Source: a virus (Duplodnaviria > Caudoviricetes). Taken from it: a stretch of 64,000 bases of DNA. The translations under genes and the position numbers were made by a program. Under the pieces are notes generated by a model. It saw only the letters and a list, made by a program, of their open reading frames with translations, was not told the origin of the DNA and did not search any database. Positions 9,098 to 18,815 of the stretch are shown one piece after another (within the stretch, counting starts at the first letter, position 1; each line of letters opens with the position of its first letter). The stretch covers positions 174,844-238,843 of IMG/VR virus record IMGVR_UViG_3300035498_000371, one strand, 5' to 3'.

Positions 9098-9892
9098 ATG
9101 ATAAATACCGAATTTATAAATAAGGTAGAAAATGTATATACAGATGGCGGGAAATCTACTATTAAGGTTAAGAATGCTCCATATTATGATGGAGAGCAAT
9201 ACGATCTTGATGATCCAAAAGATTTCAAGCATTTTATTGATGACCTTAAAAGAATTGTTCGTAATTCATTTGAGTATCGTTGGTTAGTTGGTTATTTAAA
9301 AGAGACTGATGGGATGGATGAATGTAGTGTTCTAGAAAATGTTACTTCTAGAGATAATTCTGGGGTTAAAATAGAATTACATCATTCTCCATTCACATTA
9401 GAAGACATATGCTTAGCTGTAGTAAAGAAACGTATAGCCAATAATGAAGATATGAATATTAACGCTTGCGCTTACGAAGTTATGTATAATCATTATCTGA
9501 AATGGATTGGTTTGATTCCTTTATCTTCAACAGTACATGAGCTAGTTCATAATGCATACTTTTTCGTTCCAGTAGATAGAGTGTTTGGAGATTATAAGCC
9601 ATTTAAAGAATCATACTATAATTATATCGATCCAGCAGTATTGGATGCTATAGATAATGCTGAACAGGCTACAGAAGATTATGATGATTCTCAAATGCAA
9701 ATCTTCAATAATCATAGAATTTACGTTGATACAGAGGATTATGATAATCAACGATTCAGCGATCTTCGTCCAGCGATTACAAATAGAATCGATGAGATAA
9801 AAAGTGGCACTCAAGCTCATATTCCAGAGGATAAACAACAGTCTAAAGTGATGTGTTATATTGTAGATAATAGAAAACCAAGAACATTTTGA
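9098..9892 (+). CDS. HNH-like protein, paralog of 20233-20895
   Basis: IELHHSPFTL ... LIPLSSTVHELVH; ACA-N6-TA motif at 9068-9079. Confidence 0.55.
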   Translation: MINTEFINKVENVYTDGGKSTIKVKNAPYYDGEQYDLDDPKDFKHFIDDLKRIVRNSFEYRWLVGYLKETDGMDECSVLENVTSRDNSGVKIELHHSPFTLEDICLAVVKKRIANNEDMNINACAYEVMYNHYLKWIGLIPLSSTVHELVHNAYFFVPVDRVFGDYKPFKESYYNYIDPAVLDAIDNAEQATEDYDDSQMQIFNNHRIYVDTEDYDNQRFSDLRPAITNRIDEIKSGTQAHIPEDKQQSKVMCYIVDNRKPRTF

Positions 9893-9920
9893 TAAGAAAT
9901 TAAGAAGGAGGTACTTAATT

Positions 9921-10514
9921 ATGCTTTTTAAAGATCCTATAACTTTATTAGCAGAATGTGCTGCTGCCGATATTGGTAGAAGTACTGAAACTGCTGTAAC
10001 AGAATCTCAGATCATTTCTACATATGCATCTATAGAGGAAGCCAGCGAGGAAGTTATCTATGCTCCTGAGATGGTTCCTGTAGTCAAGGTAGGAAATGAT
10101 TTCTTAACAGAAATGCAATATCTTGCTCCATATATTCAGAACAACGGAATCTCTTCTGTTGCTGAAGCTTTGGATAATATTGCAGAAGCAAATAATCTTC
10201 CACCTAAGTCTGTTGGTTTATTGGTAGAGTCTCAGGAATGTGTAACCAAGATGATCGATGAAGCTTTAGATAAATCTAAGGTTGCAGGAAGTAAAGTGCT
10301 TGGTAAGATTAAGAAGGGCGAAGGTCTTATCGATAAGCTTACTAAAGGCGGCTATAAGGTTAAGAAAAAGAAGTCTGTAAAAGAAGGTAAGGGATGCGAT
10401 AATTGCCCTAAATCCAGCAAAAATGAAGAGGGTGTCGATACAGGAAGCCAGGCACCTGGAGAAAACGTTGATGATACATCGGATACAGATAGCGATGCAG
10501 CACCAACAACGTAA
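9921..10514 (+). CDS. Hypothetical protein, possible inner-head/scaffold protein
   Basis: RBS, late-type motif at 9883-9894, many hydrophobic-x-E sites. Confidence 0.5.
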   Translation: MLFKDPITLLAECAAADIGRSTETAVTESQIISTYASIEEASEEVIYAPEMVPVVKVGNDFLTEMQYLAPYIQNNGISSVAEALDNIAEANNLPPKSVGLLVESQECVTKMIDEALDKSKVAGSKVLGKIKKGEGLIDKLTKGGYKVKKKKSVKEGKGCDNCPKSSKNEEGVDTGSQAPGENVDDTSDTDSDAAPTT

Positions 10515-10585
10515 AGTTAACATGTGGTTTATAAAATAAATTAACGGGTGTGGTTAATTCCACACCTGTTTAATTTTGTTAATAA

Positions 10586-10596
10586 TAATATATTAT
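10586..10596 (+). promoter_or_regulatory. TAATATATTAT early-type promoter motif (also near 16292, 18783, 61262)
   Basis: Recurrent intergenic ATATATTAT resembling early promoters of phiKZ/AR9-like phages. Confidence 0.5.
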
Positions 10597-10754
10597 AGAT
10601 ATAGCACAAATAAGATGAGATTATAAATCATCTAAAACTTATTAATAATCATTTTAAGGAGGAATCAATATGAAGAAGTGATTTAATTTTGAAGCAACTA
10701 ATAAAAATATTTCGTTATAGGTTCTACAAAATCTATGAAAGGAGAAGAGTTAAA

Positions 10755-11420
10755 ATGAGTGATACATTAGAAATTTGCACAGATGCGTCCATTAGGACGT
10801 TTGAAAACGGTAGGGTTTTTGGATGCGCTGGAGCATTATGTATTAATACTGGAGAATCAGAATATGTTATAAGTCAGGATACGACTAATAACAGATCTGA
10901 ATTGCTTGGAATATATCTGGGAATTAGATTAGCTGAGAAGATTTATCTTAACAACCCAGATGCATATGATGAAATAAAACTGTATTCCGATAGTCAATTC
11001 GGCATATTCGGTTTAACAAGATGGATGGACGCTTGGTTAGAAAGAAGCGATCCGAATGGCATCTTGTATGGCACCAATAACAAACCTGTGAAAAATCAGG
11101 AATTGTTTAAAGCAATAATCACATATCTTACCACTCATAATATGAGGGTAAAAATGTTGCATCAGTCAGGGCATGTATCTTTAGGAAATACTAAAAAATT
11201 AGCTGAGGCAAACGCGGTATTTTTAAACTCTAATGGTTACTTATTAAGACCGGAGGAGATATATAAAATATCGTATTATAACGACATCGTTGATAGGACT
11301 AGCAGAGACAAATTACAATACGTTAATCCGAATGATTATCCCGTAATGGATTATTCTGAAAATTATAACGTTATGTGCAGTTATGTAATCCCAGCAAATT
11401 ATAAAGAATATGTTTGCTAG
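10755..11420 (+). CDS. rnhA: Ribonuclease HI
   Basis: TDAS, TNNRSEL, YSDSQ, VKNQEL, SGH and NDIVD acidic active-site motifs. Confidence 0.88.
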   Translation: MSDTLEICTDASIRTFENGRVFGCAGALCINTGESEYVISQDTTNNRSELLGIYLGIRLAEKIYLNNPDAYDEIKLYSDSQFGIFGLTRWMDAWLERSDPNGILYGTNNKPVKNQELFKAIITYLTTHNMRVKMLHQSGHVSLGNTKKLAEANAVFLNSNGYLLRPEEIYKISYYNDIVDRTSRDKLQYVNPNDYPVMDYSENYNVMCSYVIPANYKEYVC

Positions 11421-11435
11421 GAAGGAGTAGATCAT

Positions 11436-12560
11436 ATGAATTTATACGGCACAATTCAAAATGGAGGATTCGGTACCAATGCACCAATGCAATATGGTGC
11501 CGGATTTAACCCATATTATGGAGGAATGGCACCACCGCCTCGATATCAGACGATGGGGAACATGGTTCCTTTAGGTGGAGGAGTGAACGTATATAATACA
11601 GTTCAACCACAACAGCAGCAATATAATAATGGAATGGTATTTCAACCAATACCACAACAATATTATCAGCAACCGCAATATCAATCTCCATTTGGTGGGG
11701 ATTATAATAATCCATATGCAACGACATTCGCTGCATATAGACAGCAACAACAAATTGGGTATCCGCAACAATTTAGTGGTAATTTTGGGTATCCTGGAGG
11801 CGGAATGTATGGAGGATATAATCCAAACTTCTATGTGTCTCCAATGTATAGACAACAACAAATACAGCAGCTTAAATCAATGGATAAATTGAAATATGAA
11901 ATAGCTGCAGGATTTAAAGGCAAATCTATTGATATGGAGAAATTAGATCAAGCTCTTGAAGCTAGATATAATCCTTCTAGTCAATATGAAAAAATGTCTG
12001 AAGAAGAAAGGAGTAATTTAAACAATTGGAATACTTTAGTACAGATGTCTCAAATGGCTAATAATCCATATTTAGAGACAGGTGGTAGAAGTATAGCAAG
12101 AATGATGATAGAGCAATCAGCAAATTATCATAGAGAGCTAGATAATCATTCTTTATTTGAATTCTTGCAGAACGACTTATGGAAACTTCAGAGAGAATAT
12201 TGGATAGCTCAGAATATTAGTAGAGGATATAACAGAAATCTATCAAGCACTTATGATAGTAAAGAATATAATGAGTTATTAAAACTACACAACTCAGCTA
12301 ATCCATATATTGATCAAATACTTAACGATTCTAGGTATGATAATAATCTATATGATGAAGAGTTAGGTATGAGTCTTGCATTCGATCCTGAAAAGAGAAA
12401 GATGCAGATAACAAGAAAACCATTGCCAACGTATATTTCATCAGAAGAAACTCAACGACGGCGACACGAGTGGACAAATCTTATACTAAACGGCATTTAC
12501 AATAAGACCCCACAACAAACCGATAGTGGTGGAGGAGGTGGCGGTAATGTCCAGAGTTAG
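11436..12560 (+). CDS. Protein with N-terminal Q/Y/G/N/P-rich low-complexity (prion-like) domain
   Basis: First ~145 aa are nearly free of charged residues and rich in QQQQ, YG, NPY and GG. Confidence 0.7.
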   Translation: MNLYGTIQNGGFGTNAPMQYGAGFNPYYGGMAPPPRYQTMGNMVPLGGGVNVYNTVQPQQQQYNNGMVFQPIPQQYYQQPQYQSPFGGDYNNPYATTFAAYRQQQQIGYPQQFSGNFGYPGGGMYGGYNPNFYVSPMYRQQQIQQLKSMDKLKYEIAAGFKGKSIDMEKLDQALEARYNPSSQYEKMSEEERSNLNNWNTLVQMSQMANNPYLETGGRSIARMMIEQSANYHRELDNHSLFEFLQNDLWKLQREYWIAQNISRGYNRNLSSTYDSKEYNELLKLHNSANPYIDQILNDSRYDNNLYDEELGMSLAFDPEKRKMQITRKPLPTYISSEETQRRRHEWTNLILNGIYNKTPQQTDSGGGGGGNVQS

Positions 12561-14415
12561 TTTAATAGAGAAGTTATATGTAAAACGTAAAAGCGCTTTT
12601 GAGTTTGACTATGATGCATTAATGGCACCACCAATATTAAGTATATTAAGCATTACCGATGTAGGAGATCTTAATCGTATTGCTACGAGTCTTAAATATA
12701 GTGGTAATATGGATAAAAAATATAAACTGATAGATGAAGTGATGACAAGGAGGGGATTTAGAAAAGCCCATTGTGGAACTAATAGAGTAGTTTATAATTT
12801 CTTAGAGCTACCAACGTTTGTAGCCAAGGTAGCATTAGATAGAGTAGGAATGACAGATAGCCCAGCGGAATTTAAGAATCAAGAATTCTTCAAACCATTT
12901 TGCTGTAAGATATTTGAAACAGATCCTACAGGGACGATAGCGTTTGTAGAACGTGTAAATCCAATATCTTCGAGGGAAGAATTTCTCTCAGTAGCAGATG
13001 ATATATTTAATCTGCTTATTACCAAAGTAATTGGTAAATATGTTGTGGATGATTTAGGTTCAGATACGTATATGAATTTTGGTATTAGACAATTATCAGG
13101 AGGATGTACATTTGGACCAGTCATAATTGACTTTCCATATGCGTATGAATTAGATGGAGCCAAACTTATGTGCGCTAGAGATATAGACACTCCGTTTGGT
13201 AAAATAAAATGTGGAGGTGAAATAGATTATGATGCAGGTTTCAACCATCTAGTTTGTAGTAAATGTGGTAAAGTCTATACTGCAATGGATCTTAAGAAGA
13301 AAGATTGTAGTGTAATCATGTTTGGAAAAAATAAGGAGGATTACAGAATGAGAACTAAAGTAGTTAGTGGCGACAAAGTTATACTTGACTCTGGCAGGGA
13401 AAGTGAAACTTATATTACTCAGGAAGAGTATTCTACTATTAATAATAATGGTAGATTGGAGGCTGGTAATATTTATCCTGTAAAGAAAGTTATAAAGAAA
13501 AAGTATAAGTCGGCAGAACAGAAGCGCAGAGATTTCCATACAGAGCTTCAGAAAAAGCATTTTAAGGAAGTAAAGGCAAATGAGATAACAAAGCCTATCC
13601 ATGTAGCCAATCCAGTGAATTATGAACCTGAGACAGAAGATATGGAATATGGTACAATAATTTCGGGTAAGGTTGTACCAGCGAGCAATATTACAAAAGA
13701 GATCGAGGAGAAAATACTACCAGAGCTCGATCAGAATTATGAACCATCAACACCGGTAGTTCCGGTTAATGATGAAGAGAAATCTGTTGTAGCAGAGGAG
13801 GACAACAGTCAGCAAGAAGAAATATCGCCAGAGATGGAAGCATTCGCTAAAGGGTATGAGGATGAACTCCATAGAAGTATTGATGATGCTGATACAGATA
13901 CTGCTACCAACGAGGGTACTGAAAATGAAGCGGAACAGTCTGATGATGCTGTAAAAAACAGTACTGAAGATGATCAATCTACGGAATCAGAATATACAGA
14001 TGATGAAGATCCTAGTGATAATTCAGAATACTTAGCAGAGCAGGCAGCTTCTATCGCTGAAGAATTAATCAATAACGCAGACTCAAGCATTGAGGCCAAT
14101 GAGGAAATACAGTCTGAGGAACAGGTTAATAATGACGTAGATCTTAGCAATATAACAACCGAAATGGTTGGTTCTGCTGTAGAGTCAGATTATCAGGATT
14201 ATTCTAATTATATTCCTCCAGAAGAAGAGGAAGAAGAAAACACCGATGAAGAGGATTATATAGATCCAAAATATGCGGATGAAATAGAGAAGTTTAATAG
14301 AACTTCTTCTAAGAAAAAGAATAAGAAAGATAAGAAACCATCAGCGAGAAACATCAGAAAGCATTCTAGTAGATATGCTGGGTATGGCGAAGATGACGAT
14401 ATGTCAGAGTACTAA
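12547..14415 (+). CDS. Putative atypical protein kinase with zinc ribbon and acidic tail
   Basis: GTNRVVY (Gly loop), VAKVA (Lys), AEF (helix C Glu), DDLGSDTYMNFG (catalytic loop), IIDFP (DFG-like); CGG..CSKC; long D/E-rich C-terminus. Confidence 0.6.
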   Translation: MSRVSLIEKLYVKRKSAFEFDYDALMAPPILSILSITDVGDLNRIATSLKYSGNMDKKYKLIDEVMTRRGFRKAHCGTNRVVYNFLELPTFVAKVALDRVGMTDSPAEFKNQEFFKPFCCKIFETDPTGTIAFVERVNPISSREEFLSVADDIFNLLITKVIGKYVVDDLGSDTYMNFGIRQLSGGCTFGPVIIDFPYAYELDGAKLMCARDIDTPFGKIKCGGEIDYDAGFNHLVCSKCGKVYTAMDLKKKDCSVIMFGKNKEDYRMRTKVVSGDKVILDSGRESETYITQEEYSTINNNGRLEAGNIYPVKKVIKKKYKSAEQKRRDFHTELQKKHFKEVKANEITKPIHVANPVNYEPETEDMEYGTIISGKVVPASNITKEIEEKILPELDQNYEPSTPVVPVNDEEKSVVAEEDNSQQEEISPEMEAFAKGYEDELHRSIDDADTDTATNEGTENEAEQSDDAVKNSTEDDQSTESEYTDDEDPSDNSEYLAEQAASIAEELINNADSSIEANEEIQSEEQVNNDVDLSNITTEMVGSAVESDYQDYSNYIPPEEEEEENTDEEDYIDPKYADEIEKFNRTSSKKKNKKDKKPSARNIRKHSSRYAGYGEDDDMSEY

Positions 14416-14485
14416 AATAATGCACGGGGGAATTTAGTTTCCCTCGTGCTTATTTATATTTTTTATTTTAAGGAGGAACTAAATA

Positions 14486-15064
14486 ATGATGACAAACAGA
14501 GAGTTGCCAGTAAAAGGAGAAATATTCAAGCATTTTAAAGGTAATCTTTATCAGATTATTGATATTGCTTTACACACCGAGACTGGAGAATACATGGTAG
14601 TTTATAAAGCTCTGTACGGAGATGGCGATGTTTATGTAAGACCATTCGAAATGTTTATGAGCGAAGTAGATCATGATAAATATCCAGAAGTCACCCAGAA
14701 ATATAGATTAGAAAGAGTATTTGACAAGAAGAAAGTTTATCCTGTTATTACATTGTGCGGTTCTACCAAGTTCAAGGATGTATTTGAAGAGCAGCGTAAG
14801 AAACTTTCTCTTGAAGGTTATGTAGTTATCTCTTTAGGAACATTCGAGCATTCTGGAGATAAAGAGGTATGGGAAGGAAAGCCTGAGGGTACTTATACCG
14901 AAACAAAGAATATGATTGACGATATGCATTATCAGAAGATAGATATGGCTGATAAGATAATGGTTATTAATGTCGGCGGATATATAGGCGAATCTACAGC
15001 TAAAGAAATTGAGTATGCTAAACTCACCGGAAAGGATATATTATATCTTGAAGAAAGGAGTTGA
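14486..15064 (+). CDS. DUF1653-like domain fused to a nucleoside-deoxyribosyltransferase-like domain
   Basis: [29 protein letters not shown]; TLCGS...[20 protein letters not shown]. Confidence 0.7.
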   Translation: MMTNRELPVKGEIFKHFKGNLYQIIDIALHTETGEYMVVYKALYGDGDVYVRPFEMFMSEVDHDKYPEVTQKYRLERVFDKKKVYPVITLCGSTKFKDVFEEQRKKLSLEGYVVISLGTFEHSGDKEVWEGKPEGTYTETKNMIDDMHYQKIDMADKIMVINVGGYIGESTAKEIEYAKLTGKDILYLEERS

Positions 15065-15070
15065 TCAATT

Positions 15071-15739
15071 ATGTTCAACGGTCATACAATGACAGTGATA
15101 ACTGATTTGAATTTAATAGCAGATCAAATCAATAATATTGATTTCGTTACAGTGGCAGCAATTACTGGAAGTGGGAATTATCCAAATCATCCAAATATTT
15201 ATAATGCCAGCATTCTTATGCCACCAACAGAGATCCTTATGGCTTGGTCAGATGGTAATGATTTGATTATGCAGAATGAATATCCTGCATACTTGAATTG
15301 TAAAGAGCCAGATGATATGATTGTTGCTCTTATAGCAGCAATGACGAAAAAGAATATTGTCTTATATATTCCTATGGATGAATTCATGGTATATGGAGAA
15401 ATGCTACTTAACCATATTTATTATACGTATGGAATTACGTGTAATTTTGGTAATGCTATATTTAGCGTTAATCCATCTAAGATTCCATTCATTATCAGTA
15501 AATTCTATCTGATAGACGTAATGACTCCAGATGATTATTTAGCAATGTACCCGCCAAATCAACCATTACCGCAGTTTGTTATTAACAAGCTTGCAATGGA
15601 TTTACGTCCATTTGCTGGACCAGCAACATTTGTTGATTATGAAATCTATTTTAATAATCTTAATATGCAGAAAGGTCAACAGCAAACTGGACCAGTAAAT
15701 ATGGTTAATATGGTAAGAACGGTAGGCGATAAACAATGA
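15071..15739 (+). CDS. Hypothetical protein, tandem paralog 1
   Basis: ORF with RBS; resembles the downstream ORF. Confidence 0.6.
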   Translation: MFNGHTMTVITDLNLIADQINNIDFVTVAAITGSGNYPNHPNIYNASILMPPTEILMAWSDGNDLIMQNEYPAYLNCKEPDDMIVALIAAMTKKNIVLYIPMDEFMVYGEMLLNHIYYTYGITCNFGNAIFSVNPSKIPFIISKFYLIDVMTPDDYLAMYPPNQPLPQFVINKLAMDLRPFAGPATFVDYEIYFNNLNMQKGQQQTGPVNMVNMVRTVGDKQ

Positions 15740-16263
15740 TTGTATTTACAGACAAAATAGAATTAGTTCAAGTGCTCTCCCAGGTTCATCCTGGGAGGCA
15801 AATTATTATAATGAACTTATCGTCATATAAGAGTGGCTACTATGATATAACACCGCTGATTACTAATATATCTCCTATTAATAATACTCAGATGCCAGCA
15901 TATGAATTCGTTGATTCTATAAGCTTTGATATGCAATATGCAGCAGCATTGGAAAACAATTTTACCATGTATCAGTGTATGATGCAGATGGTTGTTAGAT
16001 CCTATGAAGGCTATATAGTTGTAGTGCTTGTTTATAGAGATCCATATAGGGATGCAATTATGGAATCTTTAATTAAGTATATACAGCAAAAATATGGTCA
16101 TAACTGTTGGGTGGTAGAAGACATAGATGATTTAATGTACATTAAAGACGAATCATTTACTCCAATGGGTATTAAATACATCGATGATGATATAACGAGA
16201 TATAATGATCTATATTCTAAAGGTCAAGTACCAGCATTGTTAGAGCCAATTAATATGGAGTAG
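15736..16263 (+). CDS. Hypothetical protein, tandem paralog 2
   Basis: ATGA overlap with the upstream gene. Confidence 0.6.
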   Translation: MIVFTDKIELVQVLSQVHPGRQIIIMNLSSYKSGYYDITPLITNISPINNTQMPAYEFVDSISFDMQYAAALENNFTMYQCMMQMVVRSYEGYIVVVLVYRDPYRDAIMESLIKYIQQKYGHNCWVVEDIDDLMYIKDESFTPMGIKYIDDDITRYNDLYSKGQVPALLEPINME

Positions 16264-16339
16264 GAAATCCTACTCCATATATCTTTTGGATTATATATTA
16301 TAATTTTGTAAGAGTAAATAGAAATGGAGGTAATAAAAT

Positions 16340-16951
16340 ATGTTTACATCTCTTATTATTAATGATAAGGCTTATTTCTGTACTGATGAGATTAAGCCAG
16401 GAACAAACTTAATGGTTTGTGTTGCTAAAGGAAAAGAAGACGATTACATTATGATGCAGGCTAGTAATGACGAGGATAATAATGTAATCATGGCATTTAG
16501 TTCTAAGGAATATGCCAACAGGGTGCTTAATGAAGTTAATGCAGTTTATGAGGAAATAATAGAAGTTAATATGACTAATATGAATACTCCTGCGAGGATT
16601 ATTGTAGATATTGATACTCAGAACGATAAGGGTTCTGCCATCATTCAATGTATCTATAATGAGATCCATAATAATGATGAATATGCTGCAGCTTACTACG
16701 AGAATGCATCTTTGTTTGCTACAGTAATGGGACCAATATTGGCAACAAGGTACGATGATGAAGCAGAAACAGCGAAGACTATAGTAAATACCGTCTATAG
16801 CTTCTGCTTAATGTATTCAAATATCGTTGGTTCTATTGCTAAAGATGTAAATCCAGAACAGATTGATGGATTAATTAAGCAGTTTGAAGCAATGGAGTCA
16901 TCTAAGGAAGAAGGAATGGAAGATGATGAAGACGACAGTGAAACAGATTAA
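16340..16951 (+). CDS. Hypothetical protein
   Basis: RBS GGAGG; early-type motif upstream. Confidence 0.6.
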   Translation: MFTSLIINDKAYFCTDEIKPGTNLMVCVAKGKEDDYIMMQASNDEDNNVIMAFSSKEYANRVLNEVNAVYEEIIEVNMTNMNTPARIIVDIDTQNDKGSAIIQCIYNEIHNNDEYAAAYYENASLFATVMGPILATRYDDEAETAKTIVNTVYSFCLMYSNIVGSIAKDVNPEQIDGLIKQFEAMESSKEEGMEDDEDDSETD

Positions 16952-17324
16952 TATTTTAGACAAAGTCTTAGATAAAGAATATTGGTCATATATGTCTGAA
17001 AGGTTTTATTACACTGGGCACATGTATCATGGTTCGCCATTTGAAAGTGATGATAATTGTGGGACATGTGACGGTGCTAGATGTGAAACCTGTAAGAAGG
17101 TTATAATACCAGCAGGGATTGAATGCTCTGTTGAATCCGATGAATTACTGCAGATAGTAATAGATCTTGGTATGCCGGAGGATATTGCTCAGAGTGCAGT
17201 ATTTGACGATTTCTATAATTCTAGAAAGACAGGATTGGATATACACTTTCCAACATGGCAGGAGTTCAAAGAAAAATATCCTGAGAAGTATGAGGAAGTT
17301 GTAAAAGCTGTTGGTAAAAATTAG
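16923..17324 (+). CDS. Hypothetical Cys-rich protein
   Basis: CGTCDGARCETC; followed by a terminator hairpin at 17329-17352. Confidence 0.55.
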   Translation: MMKTTVKQINILDKVLDKEYWSYMSERFYYTGHMYHGSPFESDDNCGTCDGARCETCKKVIIPAGIECSVESDELLQIVIDLGMPEDIAQSAVFDDFYNSRKTGLDIHFPTWQEFKEKYPEKYEEVVKAVGKN

Positions 17325-17414
17325 CCTATAGGCGGAGATTATTCTCCGCCTAAATTTTTTGTCGTAAATAGGCCTCTTGGAAACATTGATATAAATGAAA
17401 GGAGGTTAAACCAT

Positions 17415-18104
17415 ATGATAACCCAAAATGAATTGGACAAGATTGTCCAAAGACTACAAAATAACGAAGAAGTTTATTTGTATTATGCAGCTCATTGTGT
17501 TGAACTGCGGGAAGGCATACTGGATGAAACTATATATAAGTCAGTTAATAGGTTTAGACCTATAAAAGTAAAAATCACTGGAGTGCAAAATGCTTATTTT
17601 GAATTATTAAGATTCTTAGAGCACCCACAAGATTTCCATACTGAAACTGAGGAAGAGTATTACGACGTTAATACAAAATATATTCATTATTATACGGTAC
17701 CGAATACTCTAGGTCCATATCCTAAAACATTTACTGCTATGATGCCATCCATCGTTTATGGATACAGAAGAAAACTATACTATAAAGATGGAACTTCTAA
17801 AGAGTTTAATGACCCATCACCAGTAGTGCCAATATACACCAATAATCCAGAATACGGAGATTACACATCTACTACATTAAGTTCTGCATTAGATAATGGA
17901 TCTCTAGACTGGAAATATATGAAAGTTGAAGATCCGATAGAAGATGATGGAATATTGTATTATTATATTACGTCAGACTATTATATATTGGATATAGAAA
18001 ACTTTCCAAGAACTGAGAAACCATTAATAAATACAAAACAAAAATGTGCTTATTTTTTAAACTTATGCGATTGTCTTAGCTATATAAAGCAATTGGAGGC
18101 TTAA
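17415..18104 (+). CDS. Hypothetical protein
   Basis: RBS; AACA-N6-TA at 17382-17393. Confidence 0.6.
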   Translation: MITQNELDKIVQRLQNNEEVYLYYAAHCVELREGILDETIYKSVNRFRPIKVKITGVQNAYFELLRFLEHPQDFHTETEEEYYDVNTKYIHYYTVPNTLGPYPKTFTAMMPSIVYGYRRKLYYKDGTSKEFNDPSPVVPIYTNNPEYGDYTSTTLSSALDNGSLDWKYMKVEDPIEDDGILYYYITSDYYILDIENFPRTEKPLINTKQKCAYFLNLCDCLSYIKQLEA

Positions 18105-18106
18105 TC

Positions 18107-18283
18107 ATGTTTAGTGCAATTTGCCCATACTGTAATGGGGTTAACGTACTAATGGATAAAAACATAGATGAGTTATACAAAAACAAATCAACCTTTCTTA
18201 GATGCAACTCATGTAATGAAATATTTATCGTTAAAGTAACAGATGGCGAGCATAGATTTATTAGAGAGGAGCAGTGTAAATAA
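18107..18283 (+). CDS. Small zinc-ribbon protein (58 aa, not in the ORF track)
   Basis: MFSAICPYC...RCNSC...; GGAGG RBS; its TAA overlaps the folA ATG. Confidence 0.6.
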   Translation: MFSAICPYCNGVNVLMDKNIDELYKNKSTFLRCNSCNEIFIVKVTDGEHRFIREEQCK

Positions 18284-18768
18284 TGAAAGCTATAGTAGCA
18301 GTTGATAAAAATTGGTCAATTGGAAAAGATAATCAACTATTGTTTAAGATACCTGAAGATATGAAATTCTTTAGAAATCTTACTACAGGAAATATTGTTG
18401 TTATGGGTAGTAAAACATTTGAATCTATTGGTAAACCATTACCAAATAGAGTAAATATGATTCTTACTAGATTGCCAAGAAAGTATGGCGATATAGAGAA
18501 TGTGGAAGCATATAGTAAAGATGATATGGAAAGGATTCTTAGATTAGAGAAACATGTACCTATCTTTATAATCGGTGGAGAATCAGTATATAACTTATTT
18601 ATTGATGAAGTGGATGAGATTTACGTTACGAAGCTTGAGAAAGAATATGATGCCGATAAGCACTTTATTAATCTAGAGGCAGACCATCGGTTCAAAAAAG
18701 CTGAAGATCTTCAAAATGGTGAATATGAAGGTTCTAAGTTTACCATTTCACGTTGGATTAGAGCTTAA
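18283..18768 (+). CDS. folA: Dihydrofolate reductase
   Basis: IVAVD..IGKDNQL..IPEDMKFF..VVMGSKTFESIGKPLPNR..IIGGES. Confidence 0.95.
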   Translation: MKAIVAVDKNWSIGKDNQLLFKIPEDMKFFRNLTTGNIVVMGSKTFESIGKPLPNRVNMILTRLPRKYGDIENVEAYSKDDMERILRLEKHVPIFIIGGESVYNLFIDEVDEIYVTKLEKEYDADKHFINLEADHRFKKAEDLQNGEYEGSKFTISRWIRA

Positions 18769-18815
18769 AATTTTTATTGGCGATATATTATATTAGTAAT
18801 GAAAGGAGGTTAAGT

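Noticed and set aside
10655-10681. Strong RBS followed by ATG AAG AAG TGA
   Set aside because: Three-codon ORF; cannot distinguish a leader peptide from a gene remnant
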